In this document: piece by piece, positions 32,415-41,112 of the stretch | How positions within the stretch are numbered: the first letter of the stretch is position 1 | Layout: every line of letters begins with the position of its first letter | Origin: Candidatus Eiseniibacteriota bacterium | Lineage (GTDB): Bacteria > Eisenbacteria > RBG-16-71-46 > JABDJR01 | Length of the DNA stretch: 64,000 nucleotides | Assembly (NCBI GenBank): GCA_963783375.1 | Contig: CAWANH010000029.1 | Span: 1,631,368 to 1,695,367 of the forward strand | Direction: 5' to 3' | Notes under the pieces: generated by a model | Told to the model about the DNA's origin: nothing | Seen by the model: the letters and a program-made list of their open reading frames with translations, nothing else | The model's database searches: none | Translations under genes and position numbers: made by a program

Positions 32415-32560
32415 TTGGTCAACGGCTCTGCCCAGCTTGGGACTGTCATCCCACTCAATTCGGCGCGGCTGCTGTCCCCCTGGGCCGAATGTGGTCGAGT
32501 GCGGTCGAGTGTCGTTGTAGCAGCTGAACCAGATCCGGATCTCTCCCGCCACCGACCCCA
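32415..32560 (-). mobile_element. Possible IS3/IS481-type transposase C-terminal remnant
   Basis: EIRIWFSCYNDTRPHS resembles the W..YN..RPHS motif at the end of the integrase core. Confidence 0.4.
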
Positions 32561-32665
32561 GCGGCCGCGACGCCGATCTCGAGTCTGGTCGTTTGAGCAT
32601 AGGAAGTGGTACAACCGATGGGGTCAGGTCAGGAGGACGTCATCCCCGTTCCCGCGTGAATGGGG

Positions 32666-32734
32666 TGGCCCCCTATCGCGCCAGAATCAGTGGCTCCCTT
32701 TCGCGTGGGAACCTTGGCCCCCTATCCGTGGGAA
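32666..32734. repeat. Three ~25-bp-period repeats, IS21-like terminal repeat remnant
   Basis: TGGCCCCCTATCGCG / TGGCTCCCTTTCGCGTGGGAA / TGGCCCCCTATCCGTGGGAA. Confidence 0.55.
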
Positions 32735-32887
32735 TCGTGGTTAGACTCCATGGAGCGGAGTTGCTCCAGCTCCAGAAACCCGGTCACCGTGGGTGTACAG
32801 GAATTTCCACCCCCCGAGGCCACGGAAGACAACGACAGGGCAGCAACGAAAACAGGAAATAAGCGCAGGAACATCGAACTCCCTGGT

Positions 32888-34203
32888 CTAGTGCAGAACA
32901 GTAACGACTGCGGCTGTGTTCTCCCCCACCACCCAGTACTTGCCGCTGGACACACCGCCACCCACCTCGGGTTCCCATCTCCCCGTCCACACGCCCTCTC
33001 CGGCGAACTCGAGCGGAACTCGGCCCACCAAGCGTCCGGCGACGTCCACGATCTTCAGGGGCTTTGGCCGGCGGGCGCTTTCCGTGCGCAGAGTGATCCG
33101 GGCGGGGCCCGACCGCAGCACGCTGGGAGCCACCCGCAGGGCCGGCGTGGACGTTGGTGTGTCTCCCACTCCGGTGACGGGGAAGCAGTCGGTGGCGTCC
33201 AACGTCAACAGCTCCGGTTGCTCGTCGATAAAGGCGGCCATCAAATAGAGGGTCGTGCCTCTGGCATGCACCCCTCGGGCGTTCCCGCCCCCCAACGTGG
33301 ACACGCACACGATGTTGGTCGGATCGGATACGTCATAGACATTCACGATCGAGTTGTAGTAGGGGTCGGTCACGTAAGCACGATCCTCTACCAAGGCGAC
33401 CTTTGTTCCCAATCGACTCCCACCGGGGATTCCAAGGAAAGCCGGGGCGTCGGGATCGGAGACATCCACGGCCACGATACCTTGGCCGTTATCGGCAAAG
33501 AAGAGAACACCGTCCTCGCGCAGTTCCATGTCACCGGGCGATGAACCCACCTGAAGCGTGCTGCGCACCGTAAGGCCGTCGGTGTCGATGATGTGGAGGT
33601 AATCCGGAACACCCTTCGTGAGTACGTAGGCCAATGACCCATCGATCACAATATCCCAGATGGACACCCGCCACCGGTAACAGCCATCCCCCGATCCACG
33701 GCCAGGAAACCGTAGGCGGAGCCAGCAAACACCTCACCCTTGTCGTCGTAGGCCACCGCGGTAAATCCCGCTTCGGTCACGTGCGTGGTGCTCAATGTAA
33801 TGGGATTGGCGGGATCGGTAACATCGACCTGGATCACCTGATTGTAGTAGCCGACCTCGCTGGGCTGGTTTGCCCCCAGAAAACGGCCGATGACGGCCAC
33901 GTAGGCGGTGTCTTCAGCCCCCTCATACAGAGCGATGTCTCGGACGTCTGCACAGTCGACAGGACTCCACGTGCCCAGGACCGTGGGCGGGGTTCCCAGA
34001 TCCACCGTGGTCAGACAAGCCAAGCTCCCGGCCGGCGCGGTGCGGGCAAGATAGCCCACGTTCAGCCCTGCCTCGAAGTGATCGCCCACCCGAGTCAGGG
34101 GGAGGTGACCAAGCTCGGCCAAGGCGCAGTCCGTGCCAGCGGCCAGGGCCGGAGCGGGGACAGAAAAACACAGTAAAGCAAAGAGGATGGGTCGCACTTT
34201 CAT
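32888..34203 (-). CDS. Secreted LVIVD-repeat beta-propeller protein with degenerate FlgD-like C-terminus; one frameshift near 33660
   Basis: Signal peptide; IQVDVTDPANP, VAVDVSDPDAP, VYDVSDPTN; IVDVAGRLV..SSGKYWV. Confidence 0.78.
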
Positions 34204-34400
34204 CACATTCAGTTTAACAATCATGATACATCGGCTCAATCCATCGCTTGGAATTGCTTGAGCGACAGGGATTTTGCGCGCTCGAGGCGTGAGGGTGCTA
34301 GCCATCCGAGCGGGGCGTGGGTGGGCGGTGTCGTGGCCTTAGGCTACCTACTCGATCCGGAGAAGGACTTCCCGGGAGACATGACGTGATCTTGAGTCTC

Positions 34401-34965
34401 TCAGGAAACCCGTCTTCTACCGGTCGTACATGACCTTGATGGATCCCCATGTCCGGAGATCAACAGGCGTGGGCTGCTCGACCAGGCAGAATCCCATCGT
34501 TCCGACGGCCCCGGCAACCGGACCAGACGGGCCTTCCGAGATAATCCACTCGGTCGGATTGGGGCATTGGTGACAATGTCCAGATAGAAGCCTCCCGGAG
34601 ACGAAGCCAGTCCCCCTCCGGCGTCCTGGAAGAAGAGCATCTGAACGTCCCAGGAGATCTCGAATCGGAAAACCCTCAGGAAGTCGGCGCCGGTACCGGA
34701 CCAGGTCTGGTCCCCAATGGTGAAGCTGTAGCCAAGGATCTCCGACGGTGTAGTCGACACGTGGCCAGGAACGGCGGCGGCTTCGGGGACCAGCACGAAA
34801 CCACTCACCGAATCAACCAGGTCGAATGGAGTATTGGCTTGAATCAGAGACCCTTGAACATTGAATTGAACCGCGGCGTCTGCGACTTCAACAGGGAAAG
34901 CACGCGTACCGATGATTAGACAAAACGAGTGTCACAAGGACACTGCCAAACAGGCGCATTAAGCA
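34401..34965 (-). pseudogene. Fragment of a probable secreted beta-rich protein
   Basis: AAVQFNVQGSL...YSFTIGDQTW; disrupted 5' end and ill-defined 3' end. Confidence 0.35.
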
Positions 34966-35226
34966 TCCTCTCGCTAAGATTGTGCGACTCCCCACGGAGG
35001 AGTGGGTCAGGGAACATAGCATGCCCACTCCGTCCCCACTCGCGTCTATCCACTGAAGACTCAAGTGTCAACCGACCACATACTTGAAGGCACTTGCCCT
35101 GGCATGTTAACGAGTTCAATTCTTGGTTCTCCTGGGTCCAGTCGTGCTCGGTGTGTTTGCCCAGAGAGGGTCGTCACACGGGGAATCCGAGAGTTTCGGA
35201 GCCGTCTTCCGGGGTCCGCTCGTACC

Positions 35227-35438
35227 CCCCACGGTTACGTTCGGGCCCGGTCGCTCTCTCTCGAAACGGAGAATCCCGGCCGACCGCCTTGACCCGCCCA
35301 GACCGTTTCCCCCGGGCGGGATAAGCGAAAACCCCGGGCGCTCTCGCTCTCGGGGTTCTCCGTCAACCAAAATGCAGCGGGTAGTTCGCCGCGGAAGACC
35401 GGTTGCTCGGATAGAGCCTCTTCGGGATCATCGCAATG
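35227..35438 (+). repeat. Mosaic att-like repeat (extended L1 + R2)
   Basis: About 140 bp nearly identical to 37188-37330, then GAAGACCGGTTG..CCTCTTCGGGATCATCGCAAT resembling 39211-39254. Confidence 0.88.
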
Positions 35439-35531
35439 GGATTCGTGTCCCACTTGACACACCTACCAGACCTATTGTATTTATAGATCTAGTCTTCATT
35501 CTCTTCGGACCTCACACGGAAAGCCCCCCCC

Positions 35532-36500
35532 ATGCTCACTTGTCGTTTTCCGAGAAAGAGTAAGTCTTCCGCCCTGCCGCTGTGCGTCCTCGGCTCAGTG
35601 GCGTTCGCATTCCTGCTGGCGATCGCCGGACCTGCCAGCGGTCAGCCCACGCTGGACAACGACCTGCGAACCACCTGGGCCTCGGCCGACCCGCCTCCGG
35701 GGCATGATACCGAAGACGCGAGTGCTTCCACTTTCAACAGCAGCGTGTCCTGGGGAGGCACCTCACCATGCGGCACGCCGCCGAACAATCCGACGTTCAC
35801 GAGCGGGGAGGCCACCCAGAACTCCACCGCGTCCCCGCTGTCGTACCTGGGCACCGGCACGGCGACAGCCAGTGGGGACGGCGGCTCCTGCGGATGCACC
35901 ATCACCGCGTATTCCATTTATGATATCCGATTCACGACCGACGTAAGCTACGACGCCACCGTGAGCGGAGCCTTCCAGGATGCCAGCTTCAATTTGAGCG
36001 CCGAAGCGGGACCGACCTACGTGGGGGGACCGGGGGGCTTCACCGGCACACTGGACGACACGGTCACTATTCCCCCGGGAAGCTACATTCTGAAATCCAG
36101 CGCCCTCGCCCTGGTATCCTACCCCGCAGGCGGCTCCGGAACAGTGGAGTCTTCGTTCGACTTCTCGGTGCAGCTCTCTCCGACCGGCTTCGTGTCAGTC
36201 GGTGAGACGCCGATCCCTCGCCCGAGCTTCTTGTTGACGGCCCCGCACCCGAATCCGTCACGCACCCCCTCGAACTTCGAATTCATCACGGACGCCCGGA
36301 CACAACTCACCCTGACGGTCTACGACGTATCCGGCCGCGCCATCCGAAGCCTCATGGACGGGCCTGTTTCACCCGGAGAACACGACATTTCCTGGGACGG
36401 ACGGGACCAACGAGGCTCCCGCGTCCCCTCCGGCGTGTACTTCCTGCGGGCGTTCAACGAGGAGAGAAACGTCGTCCGCCGCGTCATCCGGGTCGATTGA
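35532..36500 (+). CDS. Secreted protein with FlgD-Ig / T9SS-like C-terminus (paralog of 18142-19113)
   Basis: Long identical blocks with 18142 gene (PTFTSGEATQNSTASPLSY, GSRVPSGVYFLRAF); upstream TTGACA at ~35454. Confidence 0.88.
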   Translation: MLTCRFPRKSKSSALPLCVLGSVAFAFLLAIAGPASGQPTLDNDLRTTWASADPPPGHDTEDASASTFNSSVSWGGTSPCGTPPNNPTFTSGEATQNSTASPLSYLGTGTATASGDGGSCGCTITAYSIYDIRFTTDVSYDATVSGAFQDASFNLSAEAGPTYVGGPGGFTGTLDDTVTIPPGSYILKSSALALVSYPAGGSGTVESSFDFSVQLSPTGFVSVGETPIPRPSFLLTAPHPNPSRTPSNFEFITDARTQLTLTVYDVSGRAIRSLMDGPVSPGEHDISWDGRDQRGSRVPSGVYFLRAFNEERNVVRRVIRVD

Positions 36501-36513
36501 TCGCGCGCACATG

Positions 36514-37076
36514 TTACCGCACAGCGGCTGATCCGGCTCCGCCGACCCGGGCTATTCGCGCCCGGCCAGGCGTCGAACGGAGTCTGCGCCCGCCCGATCT
36601 CATCGTCGGCGACATGGATCTGGCCGTCGAATGCAAGCCGTCGCGTGAGATCCGAGCCCGTGACCCCGGCGGGGAGCGTTTCCCGAGACGACGGCTGGAA
36701 GCCGAGCGTTTGGACCAGCGACGCCGCACTGGAGCCGGCAGCAAGTGCGAACCGGGCGGAAGGATCAGTCCTTGCTTTTCTGCATGCCGGCCAACCCGTA
36801 CCTGAAGATGAGTTCAGGCGGATCGGTGGCGGAAAAGTCGGAGAGCGAGGCCGGAAGCTTCCTGGCCTCGGCACAGTAGATTTCCATAGTCTAGTCAGCG
36901 TAGAGCAGGACTCTGTCCACGTCCCTGCTCTCGTACTCGTAGTGAAAGACACCCCAGATGAGATCGCCGCTCGAGCGATCACCCGGGTCGAGGGAGGGTT
37001 TGCTCTCGGCACAACCAAGAGTACCGAGACCGACAGACAGGCACGTGAGGGTCAGAAGCAACGCTTTCAATTCCAT
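36514..37076 (-). pseudogene. Degraded lipoprotein gene
   Basis: MELKALLLTLTCLSVGLGTLGC lipobox followed by in-frame TAG and TGA stops. Confidence 0.45.
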
Positions 37077-37187
37077 CAACTCTTGCGTCCAATTGAATGG
37101 TGGATACCACATTGCTTCGCCAGGTCCGCGCAAGGTCCGTCCAAGGCCACCGCTGAAGACAGCCGGATCGGCTCCCCGCGACAGATT

Positions 37188-37418
37188 CCCCACGGTTACG
37201 TTCGGACCCCAGTCGCTCTCTCTCGAACCGGAGAATCCCGGCCGACCGCCTTGACCCGCCCAGACCGTTTCCCCCGGGCGGGATATGCGAAAACCCCGGG
37301 GGCTCTCGCTCTCGGGGTTCTCCGTTAACCGAAACGACGCCGGAAGTTCGCGTCTTTGGACTGGCTCGCCGGGCTGATGACTCAGAGTCCTCAAATCCTT
37401 GACATGGCGAGCATCTGA
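37188..37418 (+). repeat. Mosaic att-like repeat (extended L1 + R1), most complete copy
   Basis: Hairpin-CCGTTAACCGAAACGACGCCGGAAGTTCGCGTCTTTGGACTGGC-TC-GCCGGGCTGATGACTCAGAGTCCTCAAATCCTTGACATGGC. Confidence 0.9.
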
Positions 37419-37555
37419 CTCCCCTGTTCTATCCCATTTCGACTCCTTTGCCCGGGTTCGCCAGATTCGCCGACAGCCCCCTGCGGTCCCTGGCCGACCG
37501 CGGTCAATGACGGCGTTCGCTGACCGCTCACCGTGCTCTTTGCCCCCGGCCAGAT

Positions 37556-37597
37556 ACGAAGAGACCCCGAGGGCTCTCGCTCTCGGGGTCTCTTCGT
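37556..37597. repeat. Isolated copy of the repeat-family hairpin (probable terminator)
   Basis: ACGAAGAGACCCCGAG-GGCTCTCGCT-CTCGGGGTCTCTTCGT, 16-bp perfect stem. Confidence 0.8.
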
Positions 37598-37671
37598 TCA
37601 CCGGGACGACGTGGGAGGCCATCACCTGCGGACCGACGGCCCTTTCTCCACATCGACGAAGTCGGTTCAGC

Positions 37672-38814
37672 CTACCGGTAGAGATCCTTGAGGTGCCCCC
37701 AGGTCGTGCTCTCCACCGGGACAGCGGTGCAGCCCGGACCCGTGGAAGGAGCTCCCAGATACGGCAGGAAATCGTACCCGTCGTCCGCCTCATCCCCCAG
37801 GCCGCCCGGATTGCTGGCGGCATTCTGAGGGCCGGTTGCGTCCCCCCACCAGTTGTCCTCTGCATCGACGATGTTGGCGGGGAGGTCGTGCAGCGCGCCG
37901 TAGGTGTTGTTGACGATGTTATTGCAGGCGATGAGCATGCCGGTCAGATCGACGGTCGTCCTATCACCGATTGCAATGGAGTGTCCCAGGTTGTTCTCGA
38001 TCTGATTTGCGATAATCTGCACGTTGTAACAGGTGGATCCCAGTCCGATGGCCGCAAGGTACTGCGCACTCGAGCCGGGAATGTAGGTGCCGGCGTCGGG
38101 CCTGGCCGTTGACCCGTTGAACGTGTTGTTGAGGATGGTGATGTCGTGGGTCTGATCTACATCGCTGGTGTTGATCTGCAACGCGCTGGTCCAGGCGTCG
38201 AGGAACGTGTTGTTCTGGATGATCCAGTTGATCGCGGAGTTCAGGAACATCGAGTAGCTGAGGTTGTTGATGAAGGAGTTGTCTTCTATGACGACATTGG
38301 CGATGTTCCCGCCCGCACGCGATTCAACACCCTTGGTCAGGTATCCCCCCCCATCGAACACGTTGTTGCGGATGATGATAGGATCCCCCGAAGACCCGGT
38401 CCGAGCCCGGAACATCAGCAGATCGTTGTCACCGCTGAGATCGCCGGTAAAGGTAAACCCCTCAATGACCATCCCCTGACTGAGGGTAATCGGGACATTA
38501 GCCCCGAGAAGGATGAGGAAGTCGGCCGCACTGTTACCTGATTGAAGTGTGGTAACTCCGGCGCCGGCTCCGATCAGGTTCACTGCGCGATTTATGACGA
38601 TATTCTCGGAGTAGGTGCCGGGACGGACATCGATCGTCTCCCCGTCAACGGCGACGGCGGCCAAGGCATCGGTGATGGTGCTGTAGCACGGGCTATTTCC
38701 TCCGCAGGTGGCATCATCATCGTCGACGTAGCGATCGGCGCCCGCGGCGGGGCCCGCGAGCATGGCGCCCGCAAGAAGTATGGAACACGAGAGGACAGGG
38801 AGTAGCGGTCTCAT
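37672..38814 (-). CDS. Secreted right-handed parallel beta-helix protein with C-terminal PVE-x3-W-x2-LK-x2-YR tail
   Basis: Signal peptide, IDVRPGTYSENI, repeated I.NN.F, VDAEDNWWG, ends AVPVESTTWGHLKDLYR. Confidence 0.9.
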   Translation of the reverse strand: MRPLLPVLSCSILLAGAMLAGPAAGADRYVDDDDATCGGNSPCYSTITDALAAVAVDGETIDVRPGTYSENIVINRAVNLIGAGAGVTTLQSGNSAADFLILLGANVPITLSQGMVIEGFTFTGDLSGDNDLLMFRARTGSSGDPIIIRNNVFDGGGYLTKGVESRAGGNIANVVIEDNSFINNLSYSMFLNSAINWIIQNNTFLDAWTSALQINTSDVDQTHDITILNNTFNGSTARPDAGTYIPGSSAQYLAAIGLGSTCYNVQIIANQIENNLGHSIAIGDRTTVDLTGMLIACNNIVNNTYGALHDLPANIVDAEDNWWGDATGPQNAASNPGGLGDEADDGYDFLPYLGAPSTGPGCTAVPVESTTWGHLKDLYR

Positions 38815-39142
38815 AGTTGCTAAACCTCCAGAACAGGCAAAGGGCGACCGGTAGTTGGAGGACAGATTCTCCCCCAGCGCAGATCGCCCAGATTAGGAGG
38901 CTCACACAATACGTCCACAGCGCGTGCCACGTCAAGCTCTTTAGTAATTTCCTCCAGAATATTTTCAGTTTCTTTCAGGCCGGGGTGCGACTCAAGGGTA
39001 GATAGGCACAGGCTCCCCTGGTGGTTACCAGAGCTGCTCCGTGACTCTCCGGTCACCACCAAGGGCCGGACCTCCAAGACTCACGGTACTGATGGTCCCA
39101 GGTCGGCCCCCCCGCAGCGGCCTCGCCCGGAGCCACAACCGA

Positions 39143-39254
39143 AGAAACCCCGAGGGCTCTCGCTCTCGGGGTTCTCCGTTAACCGAAACGACGCGGGAAG
39201 TTCGCTCAAAAAGACTGGCTCCCCAAACGTAACCCTCTTCGGAACAATCGCAAT
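39143..39254 (+). repeat. Mosaic att-like repeat (hairpin + L1 + R2); last copy before the defence/phage region
   Basis: AGAAACCCCGAGGGCTCTCGCTCTCGGGGTTCTCCGTTAACCGAAACGACGCGGGAAGTTCGCTCAAAAAGACTGGC-TC-CCCAAACGTAACCCTCTTCGGAACAATCGCAAT. Confidence 0.88.
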
Positions 39255-39434
39255 CTGCCGCCCATGATCTGGTTCCGCATCGACCATCTGACCTTGGGCG
39301 CCCGAACTGCTGACTAGATGGCCACCTACCATGAGCAAGGCGTCGAGACGCCCTCGGCCCAGACAGGACATATGAAATTCACAATGTTGGGGCTACGATT
39401 CGTCCGCTGGTCATCGAGGGCAAGGCAGACATGG

Positions 39435-39812
39435 GTAAGCGGTCAGCCGACACCGTAGTTCCTGCCGAGGCTCCCAGTTGGTAGAACGGACGCGGCCCGA
39501 GTTGGGTCGCGTTTCTGTTTCTGCAACGGAAGGAGCCAGGCGATGACCAAGCGCACGAGGTTTCGGCGAAGCCCGCAGGAGTGGCGCCGGCTGGTGGAGC
39601 TGCCGAGCGGCGTGAAGCTCCGGCTGCGCGGCTGAGGATGATCACCGGGGCCGCACCCCGGCGGGATCCTGCTCTACGGCACCCCGGTCGACATGCGGAA
39701 GTCGTTCGATGGCCTCCTGGCCATCGTGCAGGGGACGCTGGGGGAGGACGCGCTGACCGGCACGCTGTTCGCCTTCGTGAACCGCCGGGGAACTACCTGA
39801 AGTCGATCCTTG
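39435..39812 (+). mobile_element. tnpB: IS66 remnant: left end, internally deleted tnpA, truncated tnpB
   Basis: GTAAGCGG end; MTKRTRFRRSPQEWRRLVE fused to LPSGVKLRLRG; PVDMRKSFDGL..LFAFVNRRGNYLK (IS66 TnpB). Confidence 0.8.
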
Positions 39813-39974
39813 TTCGCGTACCACCGTTCGTCAGCTACGGCACTACCCCACCCTCAGGGCGTTCTCGCGCCGCCCCACATGCCCCGCCCAGGAGGTCTGT
39901 CGGTGGAGGTCGAATCCACGCTGGAGGTTAAGCGGACTGTTCGGAGCCCCTTGGGTCTGCTATAAAGGCGAGCT

Positions 39975-41110
39975 ATGAATAAACCTCCAGATAGGATCGA
40001 CACCGAAGAGGCCCTGGCAGCGCTCCAGCAGGCACTGGCCGATACTGCCGAAATTTCTCCTACGCACCTCCACCGCCTCGTCAGGTTGACGGAGACGAGC
40101 CCACCCAAACTTGCCCCCCGCGTCGAAGGCCTGCTTATTGAGAACGCCAGGCGATACTAAACGAGGCTTACCCCTCTGTACCACGCGGTCCCATGGAGTG
40201 ACTGGATTGTCGAGCCCGGAGCGTTCCGCGAGGCTTTCAGGACGACCTCTGACCTCACTGGAGGCTTCGCCCCGGCTACGCCGAGCAAGATCGCGGAGGC
40301 AATCACTCGATTCCCCCGAAGCCTTATGGTGTTCCGGCTCATCACGGGGTACACATGGAGCGAGCTCTCGGACATCCTTCTCACCAAACTGGACACGAGC
40401 GTTCAGCCTCAAAAGCTTCAGCGCATTGAACGAGCTGATGCGCTTGACCAGGTACCCGGACCACCAGGCGACGATGTCATCAGCAAGCTTGGGGAGGCTC
40501 TGTTCGGGATCGTGAAGGGGACGCTCATGGCCCTCCCAGAAGACCTCGAATCGGATCGCTTTCGTTCCCGGCAGGATAAGATTGACACCGAGAAGGGCTG
40601 GGCATCAGTGCACGACTGCGCAACGCAAGGAGTTTCTTTGGCCGATCTGCTTTACGAGCGCTACACAGGCCGGCCGTTTGCCTATGTCCGGGATGCCCTC
40701 TCCTCTCAAAAGGGGGACATCCTCGAGGATGCACTGGAGAAGCTGCTGAAGGAACACCGGTATTCCTTACGAGAGGATTACGGATAACAAGGCGCCCGGG
40801 TTTGAACAGGCTCCAGACTACGCGTTACCTAATCGCAGGGAACCGGCCGTTGTCGTCGAGTCGGAAGCTGGCGGAAGACGGCGGGACAGCCCGCGACAAG
40901 GCGAGCCGAATCGAGCGGTTGAGACACACCTGTGATAGGCGCAGCATCGCGTTGATGGCCGTCGTGGACGGCAAGGGCTTCCGGCGCTTCAACGACGTGC
41001 TTCTGCCAATCATCCGCAACACCAGAGGATACACCTACACCCTGGGAGACGCTCTCCACCATCCTCGACGCAGAACCGATCCGACGCCTCACCCCAACCG
41101 GGTAGGGTTC
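39975..41110 (+). CDS. Probable type II PD-(D/E)xK restriction endonuclease, split by several frameshifts
   Basis: Reassembled GDILEDALEKLL..EQAPDY..VVVE.KLAEDGGTARDKASRI..VVDGKGF; convergent with a methyltransferase. Confidence 0.7.
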
Positions 41111-41112
41111 AG

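Noticed and set aside
18142-36500. Paralog pair as template/variable repeat of a diversity-generating retroelement
   Set aside because: Differences are spread over whole genes and are not adenine-specific; no reverse transcriptase is present.
36760-36893. In-frame TAG/TGA read-through (pyrrolysine or selenocysteine) in the lipoprotein ORF
   Set aside because: Two different stops plus frame disruption fit pseudogenisation better; no supporting machinery is visible.
29863-39254. Repeat family as a CRISPR array
   Set aside because: Copies are kilobases apart with genes between them, are mosaic, and there are no cas genes.
17952-39254. Classical integron (attC sites)
   Set aside because: No IntI tyrosine recombinase, and the repeats lack RYYYAAC/GTTRRRY ends; the linked enzyme is a serine recombinase.
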